DNA from: Methanoregula sp.
GTDB lineage: Archaea; Halobacteriota; Methanomicrobia; Methanomicrobiales; Methanospirillaceae
DNA: 64,000 nt
NCBI GenBank assembly: GCA_041645355.1
Contig: JBAZQF010000006.1
Location: 80,816-144,815 of the forward strand
Reading direction: 5' to 3'
Below are positions 37,475-47,785 of this stretch, one piece after another. The notes under the pieces were generated by a model. That model ran no database searches. It was not told the origin of the DNA and was given only the letters and a program-made list of their open reading frames with translations. Numbering within the stretch: position 1 is the first letter of the stretch; each line of letters starts with the position of its first letter. Both the position numbers and the translations under genes were made by a program.

Positions 37475-38663
37475 ACAATATCACCGGAATCTTCTCATAT
37501 GCAAGTGCTTCGCGTATCATGTCTTCCTGGATGGAGCTCTGGACCGTTGCAATAACAACCGGATCTTTCCCTGAATAGCTGTTTCTTGCCCAGGTAACAA
37601 AACTGTTCCAGTCATGGCAGGGAGCCGCATTCCCGACAACCAGACCGGAACCCCCGGTATTTATCGACTGGATGATGGAGGTGGGGTTGCCAAGGGCAAT
37701 CTGCAGTTCGGCGGGTACGGATCCCACGTATGCTCCGTCAAGGGATTTCTGGCCGATCGTTGTCATGATTCCTCCTCCGGACTGGCCTGGGATCAGGTTG
37801 ATATGCGCCGCCGGTTCCCCCTGCACCAGAAGGGTGCACTGGACCGGTCTTGTGGCTTTTTCATCATCCGGGACCAGGCAGAAACCGTACCGGTTACAGA
37901 AGTATTCCGAGTCCATGACCAGGACATACAGCGGTGCATAATTGTCACTTGAGGAGATGTATCCGATGTTGAGGGTCGGGATCTTTTCAGGCAGGACGGG
38001 GACTGCAGAACCATTCAGGAACTGCTCTCCCTGCACCGACACGGCAGGGTTTACCATAGCCGAGGGATTGTAGGTGTCGTTACCCGACACTATGAGTGCA
38101 TGGCGGACGATACCGGATTCCGGTATTTGTGCCTGCGCAGTAAATACCATATTGTCAAAGGAGAGGCTCTCAACATCGAGAGGAGAGAGAGAGCCTTTGG
38201 GAGTCAGGACAGGGTTTTCCCCAAATACCCAGGCTGCGGTGATATTCTCAGCCAGTTCCGGGTTTTCCCTGGTACGGTTTATGGCCGCGGTTGTCAGGGC
38301 GGAGAGGAGCGCTGACACCTCCGGGTTTTGGGCGATGGCGTCATTGCGGAGCACCAGGACATTGATTGCAGCATTGTCCCATTTCCCGGGGGGCGGAAGA
38401 TCGGAAGGGACTGCAACCAGTTTTCCGATGCCGGCAAGCTGGGTGTTGGCAACAACCGGCTCCCAGATGAGAAAGGCATCGATCTGGCCGGTATTGAGCA
38501 GCTGGGGCATGGAGCCGGACGATGCGTAGAGGAGATAGACGGTCGGTCTCTCGTACTCCGAATGAACAAACCGGGGTGCAACTGCAGGAAGAATCAGGAA
38601 GAGAATTGCAAGCAGAATACACGCTGCTACCATAAACCAGATGATCGGCCTCTGTCCCTGCAT
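37443..38663 (-). CDS. ABC substrate-binding protein (NMT1/SsuA-like), apparently circularly permuted
   Basis: N-terminal TM anchor; IDAFLIWEP block precedes the NIGY...APLYV, DGAYVG and GSGLVV blocks. Confidence 0.75.
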   Translation of the reverse strand: MQGQRPIIWFMVAACILLAILFLILPAVAPRFVHSEYERPTVYLLYASSGSMPQLLNTGQIDAFLIWEPVVANTQLAGIGKLVAVPSDLPPPGKWDNAAINVLVLRNDAIAQNPEVSALLSALTTAAINRTRENPELAENITAAWVFGENPVLTPKGSLSPLDVESLSFDNMVFTAQAQIPESGIVRHALIVSGNDTYNPSAMVNPAVSVQGEQFLNGSAVPVLPEKIPTLNIGYISSSDNYAPLYVLVMDSEYFCNRYGFCLVPDDEKATRPVQCTLLVQGEPAAHINLIPGQSGGGIMTTIGQKSLDGAYVGSVPAELQIALGNPTSIIQSINTGGSGLVVGNAAPCHDWNSFVTWARNSYSGKDPVVIATVQSSIQEDMIREALAYEKIPVILYGTDFETEYL

Positions 38664-38759
38664 GAATGAACCGCTTCCGGATATTTGGATCTTCGGGTAT
38701 TTATGCTGGGTTATATGGTGGCAGATGACGAAACTGAAGAAAAAAAGAGGTCTTGTATA

Positions 38760-39101
38760 TTATTGCTGGAGGCTGAACTCTGCTGCCTCCTTTGAGAGGA
38801 AATAGCCAAGGATGGTCCGTATGACAACCACCACGGCAAGATTGATGAGATCCTGTTCGGTTGGTGAGAGGAGCGTGGCAAGGATATCGGCGGCAATGAG
38901 GAATTCGAGCCCGAAGACAATCTTGTCGGTGAACTGCCGCCGGATCTGGTTGTAGGTTACAGCCGTTTTTTTCATTTCCCGGAGAATGACCCGGGCAATG
39001 GCGACAAATCCCCCGTATATGATCAGGATTGCCCCTGCCACCCCAAGGAGAGTGGCACAGAGATCGATAATGGGGAAAATGACCGGCAGTTCCATACTCA
39101 A
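38760..39101 (-). CDS. DUF1622 family membrane protein
   Basis: GLEFLIAADIL and IRTILGYFL. Confidence 0.85.
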   Translation of the reverse strand: MSMELPVIFPIIDLCATLLGVAGAILIIYGGFVAIARVILREMKKTAVTYNQIRRQFTDKIVFGLEFLIAADILATLLSPTEQDLINLAVVVVIRTILGYFLSKEAAEFSLQQ

Positions 39102-39197
39102 AACAGGGTACGGAACGGCTTTAACTTTGGGGTTGGATTGCCCCGCGGGTGAATCCCATAGGATTATTCATAAAAACGCCCCACGATCCGGGTAACA

Positions 39198-40034
39198 ATG
39201 ACTCGATACGGATTCATCGGAACGGGATCCATGGGAAGCATGCTGATCCGGCAGTTCATTCTCTCCGGGGCAATCGCAAAACAGGATATTACTGCATGCA
39301 GCAGGCAGGGGGCGTCCGCACAGGAGGTAGCAGGCGAGACGGGAATTACCGTGCAGGATTCCCCGGCGGAGGTTGCTCTCAACGCCGATGTGCTCTTTCT
39401 CTGCGTCCGTCCGCTGGATGTCCACGGGGTTATAAACGAGATCCGGAGCAGCCTCTCAGAGCGCACTCTCCTCGTATCAATCGCCGGCTGCGTCACCCTT
39501 GCAAACCTGGCTGACTGGGCAGGGCAAAATGCCCGCTGCGTCAAGGTGATCCCGAGTATCACCGCAGAAGAGCATGCCGGGATCTCGCTTGTTGCATGGG
39601 GGCAGGCAGTGACGGAGGCAGACAGGGAACTTGTCTTCAGGATATTCTCTGCAATCGGGACCCCGGTGGAGATCGAGGAGCGGCACTTTGAGATCTACGG
39701 CGACCTGACCAGCTGTGCACCGGCACTCATTTCTGCCATGATGCAGGAATTTGCGCTGGCTGCGGTGCGGCGGGAGGGGGTTCCCCCGGCCCTTGCCACA
39801 TTCCTTGTACAGCAGACGCTGATCGGGACCGCATGGCTCGTGGATCGTGACGATACAGACTTTGACGAAGTGATCAGTCGCGTGGCAACCAAAGGAGGGA
39901 TTACCGAAGAGGGTGTAAAAGTGCTCCGGAACCGTCTTCCGGCAATATATGACGAGCTGCTGGATGTCACGCTGGCCAAACACGAACTGGTCAAGCAGAA
40001 GATAACCAATCCGGACACTCCGCACCGGAACTGA
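39198..40034 (+). CDS. proC: Pyrroline-5-carboxylate reductase family (ComER-like branch)
   Basis: GFIGTGSMG, VIPSIT, LTSCAPA and VATKGGITEEG. Confidence 0.75.
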   Translation: MTRYGFIGTGSMGSMLIRQFILSGAIAKQDITACSRQGASAQEVAGETGITVQDSPAEVALNADVLFLCVRPLDVHGVINEIRSSLSERTLLVSIAGCVTLANLADWAGQNARCVKVIPSITAEEHAGISLVAWGQAVTEADRELVFRIFSAIGTPVEIEERHFEIYGDLTSCAPALISAMMQEFALAAVRREGVPPALATFLVQQTLIGTAWLVDRDDTDFDEVISRVATKGGITEEGVKVLRNRLPAIYDELLDVTLAKHELVKQKITNPDTPHRN

Positions 40035-40117
40035 GATCCGATCTGTTGGAGAGAGACCGGTCATTTTCACCCCGCACTGCCGTGTGTCTTATCAGCATTA
40101 CGTGCCTATCCTTTTTC

Positions 40118-40831
40118 ATGGACCCGGTCATTGAACATATCCGGCAGGAACTACAGGATCAGGCAGATCCGGAGATCCGGAAGACGTCCCGGCGGTTTTT
40201 CAAAGAAGAGATCACGTGCTATGGCATGAAAACGGCCTCCGTGATGGCAATTGCGAAAAAGTACTGGAAGGAGGTAAAAAACCGAAATAAGAAGGAGGTA
40301 TTCGATCTCTGCGAGGAGCTGTACCGGTCAGGATACATAGAAGAAGCCTTCATCGTCTCTGCATGGGCTCATGCTCTCTCAGGTATGTACGAACGGGAGG
40401 ATTTTGAGGTATTCCGGCGCTGGATTGATACGTACATCACCAACTGGGCCGCCTGCGACGGGTTCTGCAACCACACGATGGGTGACTTCATTGAAAAGTA
40501 CCCGGAATACATCGATGAACTGAAGATCTGGACACGGTCAGAGAACCGCTGGATGCGGCGGGCTGCAGCGGTTTCACTTATCGTTCCGGCAAAGCACGGG
40601 AGGTTCCAAAAAGAGAGCATGGAGATTGCCGGGCTGCTCCTGACCGATCCCGATGACCTCGTCCAGAAAGGTTACGGCTGGCTGCTCAAAGAGGCAAGCC
40701 GCAAGCACACGGATGAGATCTTCTCCTACGTGATGAGAAACAAGCGGGTGATGCCCCGCACTGCGCTGCGCTATGCTATCGAGCTAATGCCAAAAGATCT
40801 CAAAGCAGAGGCAATGAAGAAGGACTGGTAG
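40118..40831 (+). CDS. DNA alkylation repair protein (AlkD-like)
   Basis: NWAACD, WMRRAA, VQKGYGWLLKE and RTALRYAIE. Confidence 0.85.
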   Translation: MDPVIEHIRQELQDQADPEIRKTSRRFFKEEITCYGMKTASVMAIAKKYWKEVKNRNKKEVFDLCEELYRSGYIEEAFIVSAWAHALSGMYEREDFEVFRRWIDTYITNWAACDGFCNHTMGDFIEKYPEYIDELKIWTRSENRWMRRAAAVSLIVPAKHGRFQKESMEIAGLLLTDPDDLVQKGYGWLLKEASRKHTDEIFSYVMRNKRVMPRTALRYAIELMPKDLKAEAMKKDW

Positions 40832-40887
40832 GATCCCACTCAAAAAAAACCGTTCAGAGGGATGTATGCTGAGAAAAAAGGTCCGGG

Positions 40888-41142
40888 TTATTCCATGTCA
40901 CGGATATGGTGCCTGCCCCCGTCCTCAAGCTGGCGCGCCACCTCGGCTTTCATGGATGCGAGCGCTTCTTGTGTGATCAGTTTCCCGGACATCACATGGA
41001 TCTCTTTTTTTCCGGTTGCGGGATTCTGCTCGTACGTGACGATGAAATCCTCGTGGTTGGCCATTGCGGAGAAGAGGAGATCCGTCACCGCTTCATGAAA
41101 CGGCTTCTCTTCTTTCTTCCGGCGCCCTTTCCTGATAGTCAT
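40888..41142 (-). CDS. Small hypothetical protein
   Basis: 84-aa ORF filling the gap with plausible composition. Confidence 0.5.
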   Translation of the reverse strand: MTIRKGRRKKEEKPFHEAVTDLLFSAMANHEDFIVTYEQNPATGKKEIHVMSGKLITQEALASMKAEVARQLEDGGRHHIRDME

Positions 41143-41329
41143 ATCAGTACCTGTAATATCATGAATTATTAAAGGTTCAGATCAGTTCCGGATTATTCTT
41201 CAATACGGATTCCCTGATTCCACATAGATCCCTGACCCGTTTCAGATGAATGCTTTGCAGATAAAACATCCTGTCAGTTTTTTTGGTGCACCACAGATAT
41301 TAATAGAGTCAACATACATATGTTGACTT

Positions 41330-41776
41330 ATGCTCCTGCCCACCGATGATAAGCAATTCCTCTTCTGGACAATGAGGAGAGGCGGGATTCCCAATATCAC
41401 CATTGCCACGCAGCTCGGGATCTCCCGGCAGGCAGTCTCACGGGCACTTCTCCTGATGGATGAGAAAGTTGAATCCACGCTTCAGGAGATGGCACGCGCA
41501 AACCAGATTGCCGTTGAGAGGGTCAATCCGGAACAGGGAATTCTCCTGGGAAGGTCGATACCGTTCCGGACTGCAGCAATCATCTTTGTCTCAAAAAAAC
41601 ATGGCGTGCAGGTATGGTACGAGCATGACGGTGACTGCGGTACCTGCCAGCGGTATACCGAGTGCATAGAGCTGCTCTGGGACTATGCCGGTGAACTGGG
41701 GATCAGACTGAAAAAAACAGATCATCCGACAAAGATGGCAGAAGAATTATTTGAAGCCGTAAAAGCACTCGTATAA
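41330..41776 (+). CDS. HTH protein with C-terminal Cys cluster (hypothetical regulator)
   Basis: IATQLGISRQAVSRAL HTH; HDGDCGTCQRYTEC. Confidence 0.7.
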   Translation: MLLPTDDKQFLFWTMRRGGIPNITIATQLGISRQAVSRALLLMDEKVESTLQEMARANQIAVERVNPEQGILLGRSIPFRTAAIIFVSKKHGVQVWYEHDGDCGTCQRYTECIELLWDYAGELGIRLKKTDHPTKMAEELFEAVKALV

Positions 41777-41848
41777 TATTGAATCGTATTAGCGGGATTC
41801 TGCATAGTGAAGTGGTTGCCCGAAGCACTCAAAGCCGCTTTCGTTTTT

Positions 41849-42220
41849 TTATTGTGCCGGGCAAAGACGCTGTTGCAGGAGACTCATAAGATCCTCAAGT
41901 TCCCTGCACCGGTTCAGTTCTTCAGTGCTGATCAGCACCGAGAGACCTCTTTTTGTCCTGACCAGTACCACCGGAAATACCGTGATTCCGTACCCATACT
42001 GTTCGCGGAATTCATTCCTGTCGAGGACCTGTGACGGGATCTTCTGTTCCCGGATGAAGCGTTTCCATTCTTTTTTCATTCCCACCGGGCTGTAGATGAG
42101 CCCGGAAAGGCGGCAGTCGTCTGCAGGGGATACTCCTGCGTGTGCAGAATAATTTTTCATCCGGGGCAGCACCCCGCTGTTGCTGTTGCAGACAAACAGG
42201 AGAGTCTCTTCCTGGGGCAT
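41849..42220 (-). CDS. Hypothetical protein
   Basis: LLFVCNSNSG...CRLSGLIY...MKKEWKRF...FPVVL pattern. Confidence 0.6.
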   Translation of the reverse strand: MPQEETLLFVCNSNSGVLPRMKNYSAHAGVSPADDCRLSGLIYSPVGMKKEWKRFIREQKIPSQVLDRNEFREQYGYGITVFPVVLVRTKRGLSVLISTEELNRCRELEDLMSLLQQRLCPAQ

Positions 42221-42333
42221 GAAGATCCCTTTTTTTCTCGCTGCATATAATTTGCAAGGATGGTCCTGGTTCAATCAATAAAATACCGGCTCTGCAGAGA
42301 CCAATTAAAAAAGGAACCAGTATTCGGCAGGGA

Positions 42334-42939
42334 TTACCGGCTCTGCCCGGTTATCCCGAGATTCTGTAAGAACCGTTCGTGAAGCCGTGTATCATCACCA
42401 AGTTCCGGGTGGAATGAGAACGCAACATGCTTCCCGTGTTCAACGGCGACAATTCCCTGTTCAGTGCGGGCAAGAACCCTGACACCTGTTCCGGCTTTTG
42501 TTACCACCGGGGCTCTGATGAAAACGGCATGGAACAAACCACCGTCAAGCCCTTCGATCGCAAGATCGGCCTCGAACGATTCCCGCTGACGGCCAAACGC
42601 ATTCCGATCAACGGTCATGTCCAGAAGACCCAGCGGATGGACCCGGGGATCGGCAACTTCAGAAGCCATCAGCACCATGCCGGCACAGGTGGCAAAAATT
42701 CCGCCCCGAAACTGCCGGATCGGTTCAAAGAGGTTATTCTTGTCTATAAGCCGGGAGATGGTGGTTGATTCCCCTCCGGGAATGGCAAGTGCATGGCACT
42801 CAAAGAGATCCGCCGGGCTCCGTACCTCAAAAACTTCGGACGCGGGACCGTGCCCCATCCGTTCAAGCGCCAGCAGGAACGCATCGATATGTTCGCTGAC
42901 ATTTCCCTGCAGCGCAAGGACTCCGATCCTAGCGTCCAC
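42334..42939 (-). CDS. pdxT: PLP synthase glutaminase subunit
   Basis: GVLALQG, PGGEST, TCAG, RNAFGRQ and FHPEL; GTG start. Confidence 0.95.
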   Translation of the reverse strand: MDARIGVLALQGNVSEHIDAFLLALERMGHGPASEVFEVRSPADLFECHALAIPGGESTTISRLIDKNNLFEPIRQFRGGIFATCAGMVLMASEVADPRVHPLGLLDMTVDRNAFGRQRESFEADLAIEGLDGGLFHAVFIRAPVVTKAGTGVRVLARTEQGIVAVEHGKHVAFSFHPELGDDTRLHERFLQNLGITGQSR

Positions 42940-43825
42940 GGGTCTGAAGCACCTCGTCGTCCCGGAGCTTGTGGATGTCAAGGCCCGGCATTGCATCGCC
43001 AAGACCCGTGCTCACCTTTGCAATGACCTTTGCATCATCGAAATGGTTGACTGCCTCGACAATCGCTTTGGCCATACGCTCGGGCTCCGATGACTTGAAA
43101 ATGCCGGATCCCACAAAGACGCCATCTGCGCCAAGCTGCATCATGAGGGCTGCATCCGAGGGGGTCGCGATGCCGCCTGCCGAGAAGTTCACGACGGGCA
43201 GCCGGCCGCGCTCAGCGCATTCGATGACCAGTTCCGCGGGAGCTTCGATCTCGCGGGCATAATCGATCATCTCCTGCTTGTCAAGACCGCGGAGCAGCCG
43301 GATCTCTCCCATGATCGTACGCATGTGCCTGACCGCCTCGACCACATTTCCGGTTCCGGCCTCTCCCTTGGTCCGGATCATTGCTGCGCCTTCATTGATC
43401 CTGCGCAGGGCTTCCCCGAGATCGCGGGCACCGCAGACAAAGGGGACCTTAAATTGGGTCTTATCGATATGGTATTGTTCATCTGCAGGGGTCAGGACTT
43501 CACTCTCATCGATCATGTCCACGCCAAGGACTTCAAGTACCTGCGCTTCCACGAAATGGCCGATCCGCACCTTTCCCATGACCGGAATCGAGACCGCATC
43601 GATGATCTCAGCAACCTTCTGGGGATCTGCCATGCGGGCAACGCCACCGGCTTTCCGGATATCGGACGGGACCCGTTCAAGCGACATGACTGCGACGGCA
43701 CCTGCTTCCTCAGCAATCTTTGCCTGTTCGGCATTCACGACATCCATGATGACGCCCCCCTTCTGCATGGATGCAAAACCGCGCTTGAGAAGCTCAGTGC
43801 CAAATCTCAGTTCTTCCAGTATCAT
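42929..43825 (-). CDS. pdxS: PLP synthase lyase subunit
   Basis: [17 protein letters not shown] and GGIATP. Confidence 0.97.
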   Translation of the reverse strand: MILEELRFGTELLKRGFASMQKGGVIMDVVNAEQAKIAEEAGAVAVMSLERVPSDIRKAGGVARMADPQKVAEIIDAVSIPVMGKVRIGHFVEAQVLEVLGVDMIDESEVLTPADEQYHIDKTQFKVPFVCGARDLGEALRRINEGAAMIRTKGEAGTGNVVEAVRHMRTIMGEIRLLRGLDKQEMIDYAREIEAPAELVIECAERGRLPVVNFSAGGIATPSDAALMMQLGADGVFVGSGIFKSSEPERMAKAIVEAVNHFDDAKVIAKVSTGLGDAMPGLDIHKLRDDEVLQTRGR

Positions 43826-44763
43826 ATGCCAGTACTATTGATCAAGGATCCCAATAAAAACAGTGCGCAACAGGCAACTATTGCAAACATTAAGATAACT
43901 GCCCGGGTGGCCCGGATGATCTCAACTCCCCCCTCATCAAGAGTCCTGATACCGTCACCGATAGTATAAACTCCGGGTTTCTCGAACCGTATCCCCACAC
44001 CACCCGCCATAACGGCCATGACTATACCACCATTAAACCCTGGCCGCTTATGGCCATCCCGCCGCATGGTTCTCCACGCGGGAATGAGACGTCCCTTCAG
44101 GGCAAAATAAACAAGCAACAGGAAAACCGTGATCCGGGCAGGAATGAAGTTCAGGATATCATCCATCCGGGCCGGGCACCAGCCGATCCGTTCGCGTTCG
44201 TCCCGGTACCCGAGCATTGCATCCATGGTATTTGCAGCCCGGTACACCGCTGCACCGGGAAGACCGAAAACGAGGAAAAATGAGAGCGGTGAGATGATGC
44301 TGTCCGTTAAATTCTCTGTCATGGACTCGTATCCTGCGGAGAGGATATGCTCCCGGCCAAGCGCGGCTGTATCCCGTGAAACAAGGAACCGGACCTTTTC
44401 CCGGCCGTTCTCCACCCCGTCCTTCAATGCGGTAACAACTGCAAGTGTATGCTCTTCAAGAGATCGCCAGGCAAGACAGCATTTCAGCAGGAACGGGGCG
44501 ATGATGAGGTACAGGTACCAGGGTGCAAGAGCCGAGAAGAGGATAAACGGGAGGGCAGCAAGGAGTATTGTCAGGAGCCAGAAAAAGGCGCCTGCTGTCC
44601 GCTGCCAGCCCGGGGAGTAGGAGGAGGGGTTTCCCCACCACCCGATGAACCGCCCGAGCAGGGCAACAGGATGGTAACGAGAATGCGGATCTCCTGTCAG
44701 TCGATCCACGAGCAGAGCGGCACACAGCACGACCGCTGTGAGCACTATTCCTGGCGGTACCAT
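43822..44763 (-). CDS. cbiB: Adenosylcobinamide-phosphate synthase CbiB/CobD
   Basis: GDP...[17 protein letters not shown] and [10 protein letters not shown]. Confidence 0.92.
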   Translation of the reverse strand: MVPPGIVLTAVVLCAALLVDRLTGDPHSRYHPVALLGRFIGWWGNPSSYSPGWQRTAGAFFWLLTILLAALPFILFSALAPWYLYLIIAPFLLKCCLAWRSLEEHTLAVVTALKDGVENGREKVRFLVSRDTAALGREHILSAGYESMTENLTDSIISPLSFFLVFGLPGAAVYRAANTMDAMLGYRDERERIGWCPARMDDILNFIPARITVFLLLVYFALKGRLIPAWRTMRRDGHKRPGFNGGIVMAVMAGGVGIRFEKPGVYTIGDGIRTLDEGGVEIIRATRAVILMFAIVACCALFLLGSLINSTGI

Positions 44764-45314
44764 GTGTACAGTGCACCGACAATAAGAATGATGAATGATG
44801 CTATGTTAAGGAACTCAATATTCGTATAGAACCATGAGGTGTAGAGAATCAGGGCGATTCCCATCAGGATCATCAGGAAATGGGGGCGGCCATGTGCTAC
44901 CGGGTGGAGGGGCATCTCTTCCTGAACAACGGGCCTCAGGTGAGAGGAACGAAGAACCTGAACATGCGTTATTGTTTTTATCACCCCATACCCGGCGATA
45001 ATCTCCAGGTCAAAAGACCCTTCTTCACTCTCTTTCCGTATGGGGATAGTAACAACAGAGGCATCAACAACATACAGGTTCTCATGGAAAAAATCCGTGT
45101 ACATGGCTGCGTTGGATGATGAAACCGTGATGTGGACAGGTGCGCCCCGGTTAATAAATTTCAGGATAAGCCTGTCACCGCACTCAGCTGATATCTTCCC
45201 GCGGGGAAGGTCGATCGAGTTGATACCGCTGCGATTGAGATAGATCTCATACCCGCCTTCATCTCCCGAAACATCCTGACTGATCAATACCGGCAGGGCG
45301 AGCGGGAGACTCAT
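44745..45314 (-). CDS. Hypothetical protein with two C-terminal TM helices
   Basis: Operon position, GAGGT RBS, NRGAPVH motif. Confidence 0.65.
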   Translation of the reverse strand: MSLPLALPVLISQDVSGDEGGYEIYLNRSGINSIDLPRGKISAECGDRLILKFINRGAPVHITVSSSNAAMYTDFFHENLYVVDASVVTIPIRKESEEGSFDLEIIAGYGVIKTITHVQVLRSSHLRPVVQEEMPLHPVAHGRPHFLMILMGIALILYTSWFYTNIEFLNIASFIILIVGALYTWYRQE

Positions 45315-45326
45315 AGCGGTTACCTC

Positions 45327-45506
45327 TTATTCTGATGTCTGGGGAAGCAGATTGGGAATGCCTTCATGAATAGGATACGCAACGCTGCAGGCAGCGCAGT
45401 TCAGGGTGCCTTCGAGAATCTCTTTCTCATTCTCCTCCCCGACCTGAAGGGTGAGATCCCCTTTGCAGACCGGGCAGCAGAGAATGTCCATGAGGGAACG
45501 CTTCAT
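45327..45506 (-). CDS. trm112: Trm112-like methyltransferase activator (59 aa, not in the ORF track)
   Basis: Manual translation MKRSLMDILCCPVCKGDL...LNCAACSVAYPIHEGIPNLLPQTSE; ATGA overlap with purA. Confidence 0.9.
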   Translation of the reverse strand: MKRSLMDILCCPVCKGDLTLQVGEENEKEILEGTLNCAACSVAYPIHEGIPNLLPQTSE

Positions 45507-46516
45507 GCAAGTTCATCCCGCAAATCAATGATCTGGGTGATCTCGGGGCCGGTTGAGATCAGGGTTATGGGGCTGCCGATGTCATCTTCAGCCTGTTTGA
45601 GGAAATCTTTTGCTTTCTTAGTGAGCTTTGAATACTCGGTCACGCCAAAACAGGTCTCGTCAACGCGGTCGATACCGGTGATAGCGGCCTGCGTGCACCC
45701 GTTGATCATTGCGGAATACCGGGCCATATCCCCGTCCCAGCCACCGATCCGGCGCTTCCGGTGGGTCACCGTGCCGAACTCCTGGATTCCCATGGCATCG
45801 GATTTCTCAAAAGACATCTCGGTGCTGAACGGGCCCTCTCCAACCCTCGTCGGGTAGGCCTTGAAGACCACGATAACATCATCGATCTTTGTCGGGCCAA
45901 CACCATTGTCTGCGGCTATCTGCGAAGCTGAGGTGTCCTTGCTGGTCACGAACGGATAGGTACCATAGTACAGGGAGATTCCAAAACCCTGTGTGCCTTC
46001 AAGAAGGACGGTGCTGCCTTTTTTCAGCTCGTCGTCGATAGCCTTGGGGACGTCAAGCAGGTATTCAGCAAGTTCAGGAACATCTTTTGCCTGCGGGGAG
46101 ACTCTCATTACCCTGTCGGAGTTTGCAGGTCCGCAACCCGAGCCGGTGCTCCCGATCTTCTTTCTTAAATGGTCGCTTCCCTTGTCCCGTGCGATATGAT
46201 CTTCAGTTATAATACCGCAGCGTTTGTCAACAAAGACCCGGCCCCGTACACCCAGTGTTTCCACTTCATGTTTGAGGACTCTTGGATCGACAAGCACACC
46301 GCTTCCGATACAGAGTTTTGCTTCCTTATACACAAAACCGGAAGGAACCATGCGGACGCCGTATTCCTTGGTTCCAACCTGGACAGTGTGACCGGCATTC
46401 GGACCAACACCGCCGCGGGAGATGATTACGGGTTTATCCTTGTGGGCAATATGGGCAACCACTTTGCCTTTTCCCTCATCCCCAAAAAATCCACCAACGA
46501 TGATCGAGCAACTCAT
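45503..46516 (-). CDS. purA: Adenylosuccinate synthetase (short archaeal type)
   Basis: GDEGKGK, NAGHT, EGTQG, YPFVTS and EFGTVT. Confidence 0.96.
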   Translation of the reverse strand: MSCSIIVGGFFGDEGKGKVVAHIAHKDKPVIISRGGVGPNAGHTVQVGTKEYGVRMVPSGFVYKEAKLCIGSGVLVDPRVLKHEVETLGVRGRVFVDKRCGIITEDHIARDKGSDHLRKKIGSTGSGCGPANSDRVMRVSPQAKDVPELAEYLLDVPKAIDDELKKGSTVLLEGTQGFGISLYYGTYPFVTSKDTSASQIAADNGVGPTKIDDVIVVFKAYPTRVGEGPFSTEMSFEKSDAMGIQEFGTVTHRKRRIGGWDGDMARYSAMINGCTQAAITGIDRVDETCFGVTEYSKLTKKAKDFLKQAEDDIGSPITLISTGPEITQIIDLRDELA

Positions 46517-46618
46517 TGTGTTTCATGTAATATTGGTCAAGTTCCAAAATAAAGTATCCCTCAGGATCGTGTGGGAAAAAAGGGTGAGATGGAGACTGCA
46601 ATCAGGCAGGACAGCGAA

Positions 46619-47776
46619 TCAGAGTCCCTGGATGAAGGTTTCCATTCTTGCAAGAGCTTCATTGAGTTCCTTTCTGGAAACTGCATAGGCGCACCGGAGG
46701 TGATCTTCCCCGCCTGCACCAAAGACGCTGCCAGGGACCACGGCTACCCGCTGCTCCTTAAGCAGCCGCTCGGCAAATTCCACATCTGATAACCCGGTCT
46801 CTTTTACCGAGGGGAAGGCATAGAATGCACCTTCAGGGACATGACATGACAGGCCGATCCGGTTGAGCCCTGCAACAAACATGTTGCGCCTGAGCCGGTA
46901 TTCGTTGACCATGCTGTTCTTATCTTCTTCAGCAGACCGTAGGGCTTCAAGCGCCCCGACCTGCCCCATTACCGGGGCGCAGAGCATCACGTACTGGTGG
47001 ATCTTCAATGCTGCATCACAGAGGCTTTTTGGTGCGCAGAGATAGCCGATACGCCAGCCGGTCATTGCATACGCCTTGGAGAACCCGTTCAGGGTGATGG
47101 TGCGTTCGTGGAGATCACTTACCGTAGCGGTGGCGCAGTGGCGTTTCTCGTATGTCAGTTCCGCATAAACCTCATCGCTGATGAGGAGGAGATCGTGATC
47201 GATTACCAGATCCGCGATTGCCTTGAGATCGCCCTCCTCCATCACTGCACCGGTGGGATTGTTCGGGAAATTGATGATCAGGGCCTTTGATTTTTGGGTG
47301 ATCTGCTCCGCAAGCGCATCGGCATTCAGCTTAAAGTGATCCTTTTCAGAACACCGGACCGGAACGGCTTTTCCACCCGCGAGGGATACGCAGGGGGCAT
47401 ACGAGACATAGCTTGGCTGGGCTATGAGTATTTCATCGCCCGGATCCGTGATGGCCCGGATGGCGATATCGAGGGCTTCTGATACACCGCTTGTGATGAT
47501 GATCTCGTCATCAGCGCTGTATTGAAGCTGGTAGTGCTGGCTGAGGTAGCTCGAGAGTGCGGTGCGCAGGGACTGGAGTCCTTTGTTGGAGGTGTATGAC
47601 GTGGTGCCCTGCTCGATCGAGTAAATGCTCGATTCGCAGATATTCCATGGAGTACGGAAGTCCGGCTCTCCTACACCGAGCGAGATTACATCCTCCATGG
47701 TGAGCACGAGATCGAAAAACTTCCTTATGCCGGATGGGGGGATCTCCCGCGCACGCTCTGAGATAAAGTCACGCAT
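46619..47776 (-). CDS. Class I/II PLP-dependent aminotransferase
   Basis: GEPDF, PNNPTG, DEVY and FSKAYAMTGWRIG. Confidence 0.92.
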   Translation of the reverse strand: MRDFISERAREIPPSGIRKFFDLVLTMEDVISLGVGEPDFRTPWNICESSIYSIEQGTTSYTSNKGLQSLRTALSSYLSQHYQLQYSADDEIIITSGVSEALDIAIRAITDPGDEILIAQPSYVSYAPCVSLAGGKAVPVRCSEKDHFKLNADALAEQITQKSKALIINFPNNPTGAVMEEGDLKAIADLVIDHDLLLISDEVYAELTYEKRHCATATVSDLHERTITLNGFSKAYAMTGWRIGYLCAPKSLCDAALKIHQYVMLCAPVMGQVGALEALRSAEEDKNSMVNEYRLRRNMFVAGLNRIGLSCHVPEGAFYAFPSVKETGLSDVEFAERLLKEQRVAVVPGSVFGAGGEDHLRCAYAVSRKELNEALARMETFIQGL

Positions 47777-47785
47777 CTTCCCACC

